Below, in pieces: positions 1-13,703 of a stretch of 60,000 nt of DNA. The DNA comes from Lytechinus pictus. Lineage: Eukaryota. The DNA is taken from assembly GCF_037042905.1 (NCBI RefSeq), contig NC_087245.1, positions 28,274,001 through 28,334,000 of the forward strand, read 5' to 3'. Position numbers and translations under genes: made by a program. Positions within the stretch are counted from its first letter, which is position 1; the number at the start of each line of letters is the position of its first letter. The notes beneath the pieces are model-generated. The model had not been told where the DNA came from. It saw only the letters and a list, made by a program, of their open reading frames with translations, and did not search any database.

Positions 1-1689
1 TCATGTAAAGGGAGTTCTATCTACAAGCTCTGCTTCTTCGGGCTTCCTAACTATTTTTTACTTTGTTTTGTATTGTTCTTTGAAAATTACTGTATATTTG
101 ACTTGTTTTTAAAATGGTTGAACTTAATAAGTGAAATGAAATGAAAGAAGTTGAATAAAAGCTAAGATGGTATTAAAGTTTCTTATTTTCCTTTTCCAAA
201 GAGCCCCTATACCTTTTCTCTTTCCATGGATTAAAAAAGAAAGGAGTGTCTGACATATCTACATGTATTATAAAAATCATGTTTGTAAACAAGCAGAGAG
301 ATGACCAAAAAGTTATAAGTCTTCTCAGAGAGACTTCAAATTGGTGATCAATTTGAGTTTGAACTGGAGATTTCCCATATAAAATCTCTCAAAAGAAAAC
401 TTCTTACCAGAAAAATTTTCATTGAGAAAGATGCAACCTTGGCACATTAGAAGTTAAGATGTATTTCTGTATAAATCACAAACATTCTGCTTGTGACAAT
501 TCTACTACAAATACATTTACATATTTATTCCAAATCATGATGTCACAATATCGATAGGTGTAATACACAAGAGGACTAGAATCTAAATAATAAAATTCTT
601 TCAATTTACATTTGCAAAGTACATATGCCTTTTAATGGGGCAACTTTTTTGCAGAAATAATCAGAGTACCATCAAACTTCCCTGAAGGAAAAACACCAGA
701 GGCCTTCTTCATTATTTTCCAGGCTTAGGAGCCCTCCAGCTATCATGGACTAATCAAATTTATTTCCAATCGAGGAGGGAGGAAATGTAGGCAATAACAG
801 GCAATTGGTTGATAATGACGTCTTACACCCCATAGCTAAATGAAAATGGTTATGTAGGAAAAGAGATGGAAAGAGATAGACGGAAGAGAAGGGCGAGGAG
901 AGCAGTGCCGCACTAGACAATTAAGAATTTGATGGCATTATTCAAAAGTACTGAATGTAAAAGATAATTGTATTTTAAATCAAATGCTGCTTTTATTTCA
1001 CAGGTTAGGTTTGATAATTGCTGAAATACTTTCTATCAAATTGGTAGGCCTAAACATGTATGTTTATAGCAGAAAGCAAAATGCATGATATCAGGAAATT
1101 CATCCAGACACCCTTCTTTGTTCTTCCAAGATACTCTGAATATAGCTGGAATGCATTTGTTGCAAAAGAAATAAATGAAGATCAAAATATTCAATGTAGA
1201 ATAAATGTCAATTCCAATGAAGTTGTTTCTCGATTCAATTGAAGAAATATGATAATCACAAATGCAAATTCTCTATGAGACAATAACTGCGAAAATGAGA
1301 GAAATCTTAATCATCACCTTGAGTCTCTTGAAGGTAATGGTTATTCACACCTAAAAAATGCAAACAGAAATTCAATGTTACATCAGTACACCGCCATTTT
1401 GCCATCATAGGGGAACATGGCAAAGATTAAAGAACACCCAGGGGTGACGAAATTTATGGATTGTAAAATGTTCCCATTTACTGGCTGTGAATTTCTGCCA
1501 CCCACCATAAAACCTTTGATCACGGTGATGATCCATGGACCATAGACTACCTTGTAGATTTCACAAGCACGGTGCAGGATAGCTTATTTGCTGTATAATG
1601 AGATTATGAAAGTTTGATGCAGATTATCCAAGTCCCTCAGTCATCTCCTTAAACGAGCGTCGGCTTTTATGCGGAGCAGATTATCATTT

Positions 1690-1960
1690 GGGGGCATTGT
1701 GGTCGACTGGTTACGACTCGTCTTTCAATCCGAGGGACGCGGGTTCGATACCAGCCATGGATTATTTTCCTTCATTCAGCAAGAAATTTACCCACATTGT
1801 GCTGCACTCAACCCAGGTGGGGTGAATGGGTACCCGGTAGGAAGAAGTTCCTTGAATGATTGAGCCCCTATATGGACAGCACAGCTAAAGCCAGAGTAAT
1901 AAATGCAGTGCTTTGTATCCTCACATGAAAGTGCTTTATGAATCCAACTATCATTATTAA
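1690..1960 (+). mobile_element. tRNA-derived SINE
   Basis: tRNA-like head (GGGGCATTGTGGTCGACTGG...GGGTTCGATACC B-box), body CCCACATTGTGCTGCACTCAACCCAGGTG..AATGGGTACC shared with other copies in the window, (TAT)-like tail. Confidence 0.8.
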
Positions 1961-4900
1961 TACTTGCTGACCCTGACTTTGTGAAAAGCTTTGAAAAAAT
2001 CTTTTATCCTTGGGGGGAGGGGGTGGGGGGGGGGTAAACTTGGGGTACCAGCAAGAATCTTTAGCCTCGGGTAACTGTCAGGCCCTGGAAAGTGGAGAAA
2101 ATAACTCTGCCACAAGGAGATTTCTAGTGGCATTACCTACAGTAAGTCTTTTGTTCACAAATCTTGTTCTACTCTGGGTGATTTGGATCTGAATGGTGGC
2201 AAAGTTGACCTGAAAACAGGCAATAATGTGCCTTCAACCTTTACCCTATTCTCCTCAATCCCGTTCTGAGTGTCACTTTTCATTAGAGTTCTTCCTCTCA
2301 CCCTCTTCCTCAGCATTCCTCATCCCCAGTTTCCTTTACCCTTTTAACAGAGAATGCCTACATGTATGATACAAGTTCATCTGATGTGCATTTATAACTT
2401 TCAATAATTAATTACCCCTAAAATCACTATCTTCAAACCTAATTGAATAAAATGCTAATGGATCCTATCAAAATCATTGTACAATTGGGCCTATGGATAC
2501 AACATATCTATTTCTAACTTCTCTTTAAAAAAGGTAACCGTCCTTGACTTTTTTTCATTTTACTCATAGACTATAACTCAAATTTATTTCCTATTTGAAT
2601 AAAGTGATAAACAAAACAAAAATACCCATGAAAACTGAAATGACTTCCAATATCAGAATATCCATTATCACATTCTTTGGCAGTTCTCTTAAAAACATCA
2701 TTGCAATGTATTTCATCAATATAATGTTTGGTTTCCTCAGTTTTATAGTTTTATCTTTTATCTTAAATAGCTTTGGTAAACCCGAAAATGCATCTGTCTC
2801 AATTTCCAATTCATCACTATGAAAGTGTTATCCCTTACATGTACATGTATGATGTTGATATGAAATTTAAGTTAAAATTTGAAATTTTCACAGAGAACGT
2901 GGGAAGATTTAATAGCTACACGTACTAGACACTTAGGTAAGATATGATACTTGATTATAATTCAGAATATTGACATTTTTACAATTAAAAGCTTATAATA
3001 GATGGGCTTTAAAATGTTGATCTTATCTAACAATGGGATGTGTAACCAAGCACTGGATTAATTCAGTATCAATCATGGATGCTCTAGTAGCCAAATATGA
3101 TGAATTTCACCCAGCGCAAGGCTCACGTCACAATGATAAAAGGTTATCAAGATTACATGTACATCCGTACTGAAGCATACACAAGGTATGTAATTTACTT
3201 GATTGGATTAACCTGAGCAATATTTTCGCCTTGCACATTTTCTGTTTTTGGTGTATTTGATAAATGTAAATGACAATGTAGTCTGCAGGGACAGACCCTT
3301 GGTTTTCGCAATTTTGTATAGTGCATATTGCATAATGCAGAGTCTGAAGCAGTGAGACTAGATTCATTATGTACTGTGACTGGCTCTACACAGAGAGGGA
3401 CTTTGGAGTCTAGTCTGTACTCTAGCCATGGTTTTAATTAAAGTGTGCTTGCAGACTAAAGGCAATGCCTCTTCTCTCTGGTTATAACCGAATGTAGCCT
3501 TATTCAGCTTCCTGCCCCTTCCCCTAAAAAGTAATACATGTAAATAAATAAATATAATGAAATGTATACAAAATTAAATAACACTTCAAAAATAATGTCA
3601 AAAACTTAATAAATACATAAAAGAATTTAGAAAAATAAACATCAATCATATCATTAGCATTTGCATTAACTTCATCTTCCCCAAACTTTGTTGAGTTTTG
3701 ACATCACATATTTTTCCCTACTCTATAGTACATGCAGCCTTTTTATGGCATCCGCTTCATCGATTAATCGCAGAAAACGCTATTCCTCCTTGCAGCTTGA
3801 ATCATAAACGTTGACATTTTGTCCAAAGAGTAAAGTGTGATATTCAAACACGATATGAATTCTTCAACAGCCCTTGGGCATTGGCTTTGAGGTGTTGCCT
3901 TTGAATTCACCTCTCAAGGACTCGGTTCACATTCAGATGAAGTATAATGTATGTCAAAGGAACCGCCATGCACCCAAGAATCAAATAAAACTAAAATGTT
4001 GTACAGGTAGCATCAAGAAGGAAATAAAATCTGGAGAGAGCTTTTGATTTTATGTAGACATACCTCATGACCCAAGGAATGTACATATATGTATGGAAGG
4101 CTGAAATCGTTTTTGCTTATTTTAGAAATGAAGGTCACTTGTTTTGTCTTTTAAAATTACACTGTACAAAAATATGTAGAAAGCAACATTTGAGCCTGCA
4201 AATTAAACTGCCAATTAGAAAGAGATATGAGCTAATGGGAGATCTGGTAGACATCCTAAAATTTTATCAACTTTCCTAATACAAAAGCATTATAAGATCT
4301 GAGAATTATCAGTATGGAAAAACCATAAAAAGCGAAAAAGGGATTTTCAGTATAATTCCTAAATCTATACTATTTATGAGAGTAACACGAATACAGACAT
4401 CTAGAAAATAAAGTACCCATACCCCAACTGTCATTCTAAGCATAGTTTCTTTATTACCATATTTCTTTTTGCAGAGGGCATGGCCAAAGCCTTTGGGGTA
4501 CACTACTTGGACATCACACAGTTATCAATTCATGGGACCGAGTGATAATGTCTATGATTAATGGACCATTTCTCTTCCACCGAGCGAGCGCTCCTGTACA
4601 AATATTAAGTTCATCTCTGACAGAAGTTTTTCAATTGCCAACCCATCATTTTCTGTCTTTGCAGTTGAAGCTTATTTCTATGAATACAAGTAGATCTCTC
4701 TGCTAGGGAAAGCTATTTCAAGAGTGTCATCATTCATTTGGATTGCAAGACTGAAAAACACACAGAATAATTTCAAAAGTGATCCACAAACATTTTATCA
4801 TTATTATTGTTATCAATGGCATTCTTTTACAAGCTTTCCTTGAGTTCTGAAAGGAAAAATAGTTTAAATACCCCCTTTCATCTTTGTAATTCATTTCATC

Positions 4901-6431
4901 CTTGAATATTACATGTTTCTGTAATTTGTGACTCTACTCACAAAAATTAATCCAACTGTAAAGGAAACGAACCAAAACCAAGGATGAGAATCAATCAGAG
5001 AAGCAAGAGTAGAATGACAATTTTTTTTTAATCGGGGCACTGTTGCATATATTTAAAAGTGAAATTTATTGAATTTCGTGCATACTTCTGGTGAATTTTT
5101 GAAAATTTTCATTAAAAAATATGGGTTTTTGATTATCAAAATTTCTGGGGGGGAAGGAACTTCCCCCCTCCCCTGCATACGGCTATGAGTGCAACATTTA
5201 GGAAGGTCCCCCAAATGCCTCAACTGAACTGCTGTGACAACTAGCACCATGCACAAGGGGTAATTAGCCCAATTGCAAACTAAGTGGGCTCAAGATACAG
5301 CTAAATATAGTTTCTAGTTTATAGCATCGCGGTCTTTGAGTCTCCTCTTATCAAAACATTCACCATACTCCATCTCTTTAAGAAGCAGACAGCTACAATA
5401 TCAAGGAACATTGCATTTTTCTTGTACCTTTTCTCATATTTTTTCTCTGAGAGGAAAGAGGAAAATACTTTTAATTTCAAGGCTGGAGTCTACATACAAT
5501 TGGTAAAGGTCCCAAATTCTAGGAATAAATGTAAACCAAACCTGTGAATATGCTTGAAAACCTTGAATAATAATCTAAATATACATGAAGGTGGTGAAAA
5601 GCACTGGTTAGGAAAATGCATGTATAAAATCAATGAGCTGAAGCCACATTAGCTTCATATAGGTCTTCTCTTTTTAGCAAGAAAAAATTACATATATTCT
5701 GAAATCATAGTTCTTTCATTTTGTATACAATCAAAACAGATTTGGGTCATTACACGCCATGTTCTGGTAAGGTATACCTGCAGGCAGATGTTCAAGAAGT
5801 GGATATCCAATTGAGTTTGTTGCCAAGGCAACACACCTAATTTGATATAACCAAATTTTGCTTGCCTTTTCAGGTTCCATCCTGTGAAATATGAATTCCC
5901 ATACTTTCCACCTTTCACTTGTAATCGTTATGATGGAGCTTTTAATATTACCACATTTCATCTAAATTTAGAAATAGTACATACAAAAAATATAATAACT
6001 TGCACAAGCAGTTTGGATTACCGGGCAAACCCATATTATGTGAACTAGCAGTTTGATCTACTCCACACTTGATCTAAAACTCTACCTAGTCTTATGCTCA
6101 TTTAGTCTAACAGCCAGTTGGTCTAATTTCTATTTCATGATTTTACACTAGGGTTTATAGACAATAGATGTGCTGGGTAATATTTCAATATCGTCAAAAT
6201 TATGTGATATTGAAAAATACTGAATATTAGCTAATGTTTTGAGTTTATGTTGACATATTGTGGTAACGTGACATGCCCAAAATATTGTCTATTCTGCAAA
6301 GTTCATCACTACTTAATGACCACAAATGCTGCTCTGTTCTGCTTTTAACAAACTCAGAAAGTTTCTTCATAAGTTGGTACTTTGGTACCAGGGTACCCGA
6401 AGGCCTGTTTTTCATGGACAAGCATGTATGA

Positions 6432-6720
6432 AAGTGGATTCGTGAATTAGTCTCCGGACTTTGAAACAGAGGGTCGTGGGTTCAAATCCCAGCCACAGCG
6501 TAGTTTCCTTCAGCAAGAAATTTATCCACATTGTGCTGCACTCAACCCAGGTGAGGTGAATGGGTACCTGGCAGGAATTTATTCCTTGAAATGCCACAGC
6601 GCTGTAAAAGGCTGCGGGGCTAAAGCCAGGGTAATAATATCCAAGTCCTTTGGAAGCGCATAGAGACGTTATTTATAATGTGTTATGCGCTATACAAGAA
6701 CTGACTATTATTATTATTAA
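6432..6720 (+). mobile_element. tRNA-derived SINE (same family as 1690-1960)
   Basis: GGGTTCAAATCCCAGCC B-box, same central body, (TAT)n tail at ~6706-6718. Confidence 0.8.
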
Positions 6721-8419
6721 AGCCTTATTTTCATCTCCCCCTTCCCTGTTCTCACAGAATTGCAATTCATATGAATTTTCACACTAGATGATATTATCAG
6801 CGATATTTTTGCAGGGTACAATCAACTAACATTGAAATGAAATATCGACCAACACTACGTTAGATGAGCACATGCAGCAATATACCCCACACACTGATAC
6901 ATGTACAGTAGCACAATCACTCTACAAAAAAAAAAAAAATAGTGCTTTGGAAGCAATGAAACGTCATCATGATCAGTGAGATACGCCCCCACAAAAGTGT
7001 TCATGGTGAGAGTACTCAATCATGACCACTTTAACATCATTCCTGCTTCTTTTCCCGCTTCTTTTCCCAGAAAGAAGACCATAGAGGCACCCTACTGTTA
7101 TAAATGCAATAAGAAAATTCCTTTTCTTCTTCTTTCCACTGTTTCTATAACACTCCACATGGTGTATCGTAAACCACATCAGCGAAGAGTAATTTCTTCT
7201 ACATTTTTATTATTCTGACCATTTTTTCACTGTTTAATATATTCGGTTCATCTGGTTTAGTGGTAAGAGCAGAGGACTCATGATCCTGAGGTTTTTTACT
7301 TAAAATCCCCACTTTTCCATTATCTCCACTTTAACCCCCCCCCCAAAAAAAAAAAGGCAATGAAAGTCATTCCTGATGTCTACATGCCCCTCTGACCAAT
7401 GGAGACATAAAATGTTTCCTATGTAATTGGTTACACCAGCTGTCCAGACAGTCCAGCTCAGCGTTAATCAGCAAAAAGCTGTGGTGCCAAGTTCCTAAAG
7501 CAGTTACTTCAACAAAAATAGAAACAAAGTTTCCCCAAGAGGGAAAAATCAATCAAAATTTGAAGAAAAAATGTTATTTCAACAATTGATCTACTTTGTC
7601 AAATATCTCCTAGTATACTATGACCTCACAAATTTTTAAACATTCTCACTCCAATCCTTTGTTATAACAGTAAAACAAAATCAATCATGCTTCTAGCCCT
7701 CCGCATTCAAACAAATTCATCTATCATCAAAATATTTGTATGTCTCCCCAAAATTCTCATGGAAAGTTCATGAAAATAGAGACAACTTATAAAGTATACA
7801 GAATGCAAATGTTACAAAATGGTCAACCAATCCACTCAAAGAAAATTCAATAGCCATGTCTGTGTCTGTTGCAGGAACAACAGCAACTGAAGAAGTGATT
7901 TATAATTTCAGGTGAATTTGATTTGAAGGAAATGAAATCTAATATTATTGCTTTCATCAATAAATGAACAATGTTTTATTGTCAAATCAGAGGATGCTTT
8001 GTCTACTCTTTAAATCATGATTTTCAACAGCCATACAATTAAAAAAATAAAGTAGACAGCATGCTTGGAGACCTCTATGAGAAAACATGGCATACAGTAA
8101 GACTATTTTACATGTTGGCTAGATTTTTATTTTGTTGCAATTAATGATTCAATTACAACAGAATGTACACACTTGTGGGTCATTGTGGCTGCTTTGACAC
8201 TTCAATATAATTTGGTTTTTCCTGTCATTTCTAATTGAATTTTAGACCATTGCATGCATTTGCTTCAAGTCATGTTGAAACCTGCTTGAATTGCCCAGAT
8301 GCTCAACACAAACTTCAGTCACCAAATAGGGCAAATATTCTTATTAGCAGAAAATCATCTTTCTAACGTTCATTTGCATATGTTTGTTGCATGATACTCA
8401 TGATGATGACAAAAAAAAA

Positions 8420-8482
8420 AAAATTATGATAATAATAATAACAATAATAATAATAATAACAACAACAATACCCGGTAATAAC

Positions 8483-8530
<48 letters not shown>
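8420..8530 (+). repeat. (TAA/CAA)n microsatellite, insertion site of the retrotransposon pair
   Basis: Direct TAA repeats immediately 5' of element 1. Confidence 0.95.
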
Positions 8531-8532
<2 letters not shown>

Positions 8533-11500
8533 AGTCAATAATGCTGGCAAGCCTAATGACGATGCCAACGACGACCATGCTGAAGCTAATAACGATGAAG
8601 CAGATAATGACAATGTTGCTATAAACGATAACCATGGCGATGTTGTGAACAATGACACAGCTGATGATCACTATGATGCCGATATTGATGGTAAGAATGT
8701 GTATCATAAAGGCAGGAACGAAGGAGGCCAACCAAATAAAGACGGGAGAGTAGAAACGTGTGACAAGAGATTATCAAGACATCCACCCAATGCCAATGAT
8801 ACGACATGGCCAGCCAATTATAATGAAAATTCGAAGATCACAGATACACAATCGCTACACAGCAAAGTGAGGAGGAAAAGAGAAAAGAAATTATGGTCAA
8901 ATAAAGAGAAGGAAAATCTTATGACTTGCTTCTACTTTGCGACTGATGTATCTCATAAAACTAGACATTACAGGAAGAGAATGAGAGAAACGTGGCTTGT
9001 AAATAATGGTGATCCATCCGTTGGAGAGCAAGCTCTGGCAGACATGAAACAAAGTATCCTTCGTACTCAATACTTCAGCGAGATTGAATTAGAGAGAATA
9101 AAGCAAGAGGCACACATACTTTGTAGAGAAGTCAATAATGCCGGTAATGACGATACCATCGATGACCATGGGGATGCTAAGGACAGTGATCATGACAATG
9201 CCGGCACTGGTGATACCAATAATGGCCCTGATGATAATGCCGATGTTGTTGATGCCAACGATGGCCATGGTGATAGTGATGACAAAAATGCCGATGATGA
9301 TGTCATCGAGGACCATAATGATGCTGATGACAAAAATACCGGTGATGATGATGCCTACGAGATCTATGGCCATTCTGACTACAATAGTGCCAATGGTGAC
9401 GAAGCCAAAGTAGGAAAATCGATGATTCTAGACACACAATCACTACACAACAAAGTGAGAAGAAAAGGAGAAAAGAAATTATGGTCAAATAAAGAGAAGG
9501 AAAATCTTATGACTTGCTTCTACTTTGCGACTGATGTATCTCATAAAACTAGACATTACAGGAAGAGAATGAGAGAAACGTGGCTTGTAAATAATGGTGA
9601 CCCATCCATTGGAGAAGAAGGTCTAGTGGACATGAAACAAAGTATCATTAGTACTCAATACTTCAGCGACATTGAATTAGAGAGAATAAAGGAAAATGCC
9701 CAAAGTCTTTGTAGAGAACGAAAGCGTAATGCAACAAAGAATCAAGATGACAGGGGAAAACGAATAACAGATAAAGTAGACAAATTGCACGACACCAACA
9801 ATGATAGAGAGAGATCGGGAAAAGGAGAAAACTCTGTAATCACCAACACTGAGAAGGTGAGAAATTCTATCCATGATGAAGGAAGTACAGTTCCTGGAAA
9901 TACAGTGAATATATCTCTTGACGAGGGGATTATATTCAACAATCAACAGGATGTTCGGACGCAGAGTGATAGGGGCTTACGAGATGGAGAACACAACCAA
10001 AGAATATCACAAGAACAACGTATGAATCGTCTTGATATGGACAGTGCTCAGAAGAAAAAAAAGAAAGATGACTACATCGCTCAATTTGGGGCGTGTTCCT
10101 TGTCTCTTCTACAAAAACTAGATGAAATCGAAACGGTAGACACACAGATTGAGGCCGAATACCAAAGAGGAGCACATTTCTTTCAGTACTGTGACACATC
10201 TGACAACAAGCCCGCTGGTGGAGAGGGAAAGGGATCAACGATGAACAGAAGAAAAAACAGCTCTTATAAGACTGGATTCTCTTCACATGTAGACATAAAC
10301 CAGCACTTGCAACAACCTAAAGTGAAATCTCGTACTCTTCGGGTTACAGCAATAGAAAAGGCTAAGAAAAGACAAGAAATTACTGAGACTGAACATGGGG
10401 ACGATGTTGCCCATTTTATATGCGGCGGAGAGCCTCACATTCAACAAGATAAAGAATGTGAAAGGAACGTATCGGGTAATATCAAATCATCTGTACCCGA
10501 GAGAGATACGATTGTATCACAAGACTCGACAAATGAAGACAGAGATTCCGATCAACGGCTGTTATCAGCACTGAGGAGCAACTTTGAATATGTGAAGGGA
10601 ATATCAATATCAGATAGACCACAAATTCCCAAGATCGACACAAGGTGCTGTACTACTAGGAGCGTGATCGACAAAGTAGATAAAATGCTTGAAAAGGTGC
10701 AATCTAGTCCTTCCAGTTTGTTGGAGATAAACTGTCTTATCTGGGCAGGTGCAAAAACTGTGACAGAACATATGGGACTCAAGCTTCATTCATCAAACCA
10801 CTCTACCAATCATAAGAAGAAGGCTCCTGAATGGAAGAAAAGGCTACAAACTAAGATAGCAGAACTACATAAAGACGTGGCTCAACTCGGAGAAGTAGAT
10901 AAGGGAAACATCAAATCCAATCGGATGAAGAGCAATGCCAAAAGACTTCAGAATAAATATCGCATTGACGATAAGACCCGTACTAGGACAACTGTTATAG
11001 AAACGCTCAAAATGAAGATAAATGCTCTCAAACACCGTGTTAAGAGATACACAAAGAGTAACAATTTCAAACGGCAGAATAAACTCTTCCATGGAAACAG
11101 AAAGAAATTCTTTCGTGAGCTGGATTCAAAGATGACTGAGACGAAAGATGTTCCATCGGCAGATGATATGAAGAACTACTGGAAAGAACTTTGGGATAAT
11201 GATATCACTCACGAAGAAACTCCCTGGATTCAGTCGGAAGCAGACAAATGGTCCAATGTGCCAGCGCAGCAGCTAGTAGACCTGACCTTACCTGAACTAC
11301 ACAATATCATAAGGAACACTCAGAACTGGAAAAGCCCTGGACCAGATGGTGTACAAAACTTCTGGATAAAGAGGTTTGGTAGCACCCATACTAATCTACT
11401 GAAAATCATCAATGACATTATCAGAGGGAACAGGACTATTGAGAAATGGCTGCCAATTGGAAGGACCTATCTACTGTACAAAGGCAAAGACCCAAAACAA

Positions 11501-13561
11501 CCTAAGAACTATCGTCCAATCACTTGCCTTAATACTATATATAAGCTGCTGACATCAACGCTTGCCATGCACATCGAACGACACATCGATGATCATGACA
11601 TAATGGAGGTCACTCAGAAAGGTTGTCGGAAAGGAAAGAAGGGTTGTAAAGATCACCTAATGACAAATAAAGCAATAATCGGTAATGCTCGCCAAAGACA
11701 GACCAATCTATCCATGGCTTGGATAGACTACAGGAAGGCATTTGACAGCGTACCACATAGTTGGATCATCAAAGTTCTAGAGATGTATCACATCAATCCA
11801 CAAATAGTCAAGTGCATATCAGCAGGCATGAAACAATGGAGCACTACTCTTTCGCTTACGATAGGCACCCGTTCGATGACAGTGGAGGGGGTCCGAATCA
11901 AGAGAGGAATATTTCAAGGAGATTCCTTATCTCCTCTTTTATTCTGCTTAGCTCTCAATCCAGTATGCTCTCTCTTACACGCTACGAGTTATGGCTACAG
12001 ATACAAAGGGCAAGATGTATCTACGACAATAAACCATCTGATATATATGGATGATATCAAACTCTTTGCAAAAAATGACGATGAACTTCACAAGATGATA
12101 GCAGTAGTTAAACATTTCAGCGATGACATCAAGATGTCGTTTGGTATAGACAAGTGTGCCAAAGTTACACTTGTACGAGGAAGGAGGGTAAATACAGGCG
12201 ACATGTTTGTGCAAGATGAGGAAACATCAATCAAGGAACTGACTAATGATTCGACATATAAATACCTAGGCATAGCTGAGAATGATGTCATTAGCCATAA
12301 CACAATGAAGGAGAAGGCAACATCAGAATACAAAAGAAGACTCAGGCTGATCCTCAAATCCGAACTGAATGCCAAAAATAAGATTGAAGCGATCAACACT
12401 CTAGCCATTCCTGTGCTTAGATACAGTTTTGGTATTGTTAACTGGAGACTAGCTGATATATGTGGCCTAGATGTTATGACCAGAAAGCAATTAACGATGC
12501 ACAGAGTACATCACCCAAAGGCCGCAATCGAAAGGTTGTACCTTCCCCGTGATCTTGGAGGAAGAGGTCTACAACAAATTGAGATGGTCTGGAATATGGA
12601 AGCAACGAACCTCGCCAACTACCTATCCAATCCACCTGATATACTGACGAGTATATCCCTCGATTATGATAAATGTCAAGCAATATACTCCATTAACAAG
12701 CAAGCATCTATCTTATTGGCACAACATCGACTGACACTACCCTACGGTGAAAAAGAGAAGGCAAGACTTAAATGCTCCTTTCACAAGAAACTTCAAGAGC
12801 AACTTAAATCCAAGCGACTTCATGGCCACCATGAAAAACAGACGCATCGGGAGTTTGTAGACCAGAAAGACACACATCAATGGCTTAAGTCGGCGGGACT
12901 AAGAGGTGAAACTGAAGGGTTCGTCTATGCTATTCAGGACCAGGTGGTGAGGACCCGTGCCTACGAAAAATCTATCCTCAGAAGAGACACAGACGACACT
13001 TGCAGGATGTGTGGAAAAGAGACTGAAACAATCATGCATTTGGTATCAGCATGTTCGACTCTTGCTGGAACTGAGTACATCACAAGACATGACAATATTG
13101 CCAAACTTATCCATTGGCAACTACTGAAGGATCGCGGTAAAATGACTTGTGATCACGCTTGGGAACATCAGCCACAAACGATCACCACGATCAATAACAG
13201 CACCATATATTGGAACTGTGGCATACTAACGGATAGAACCATCAACTGCAACAAGCCGGACATCATCGTCAGAGACAACAACGTAGTATATATCATTGAG
13301 GTCTCTGTTCCCCATGATATCAACATTGCTGTAAAGGAAAGAGACAAACGGCTCAAGTATCAAGACCTAAGGATTGAGATCGAGAGGATGTGGAACGTGA
13401 AAGCAGAGGTCACACCAGTCATCATTGGTCACTCAGGAATGGTGAAGAAGGGAATGGAAGCCTGCATAACCAAGATCTCTCCTCACCTTCGGATGTACGA
13501 CATTCAGAAGGCAGCTATCTTGGGTACAACCAGATTGATAAGAAAGACTCTCGGACATTAG
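8531..13561 (+). CDS. Retrotransposon polyprotein: 2x Myb-like module, reverse transcriptase, CCHC zinc knuckle, restriction-like endonuclease
   Basis: WKSPGPDG, NYRPITCL, QKGCRKG, WIDYRKAFDSVPH, GIFQGDSLSPLLF, YMDD, YKYLG, CRMC-x8-H-x4-C, RHD, KPDIIV, IEVSVP, KxxKY. No stops. The ORF-track start at 8384 is a TTG in flanking DNA reading through the microsatellite; the first in-frame ATG inside the element is ~8921. Confidence 0.93.
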
Positions 13562-13660
13562 TAGTGTAAAGTTCCTAGTTGCACTTGAAATTACTTGGTG
13601 CTTTTTGTTAGAGCAAAGTTATTCAAGAAAAAAATACGGACTTGATCCTGTTTAGAGGAA
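8531..13660 (+). mobile_element. Non-LTR retrotransposon, RLE type, R4/Dong-like (element 1), probably 5'-truncated
   Basis: Single ORF with RT, CCHC and PD-(D/E)xK endonuclease motifs; flanked on both sides by (TAA)n; ~100-nt 3' UTR after the stop at 13561. Confidence 0.92.
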
Positions 13661-13668
13661 TAATAATA

Positions 13669-13702
<34 letters not shown>

Positions 13703-13703
<1 letters not shown>

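Noticed and set aside
1690..1770. Functional tRNA genes (also ~20863, ~46330, ~54370)
   Set aside because: Cloverleaf stems are not properly paired and the heads continue into SINE or Helentron bodies
8384..8530. N-terminal 49 aa of the 1725-aa ORF (poly-I, poly-N)
   Set aside because: It is flanking host DNA and microsatellite read in frame from a TTG, and the same sequence recurs at 16825 outside the element
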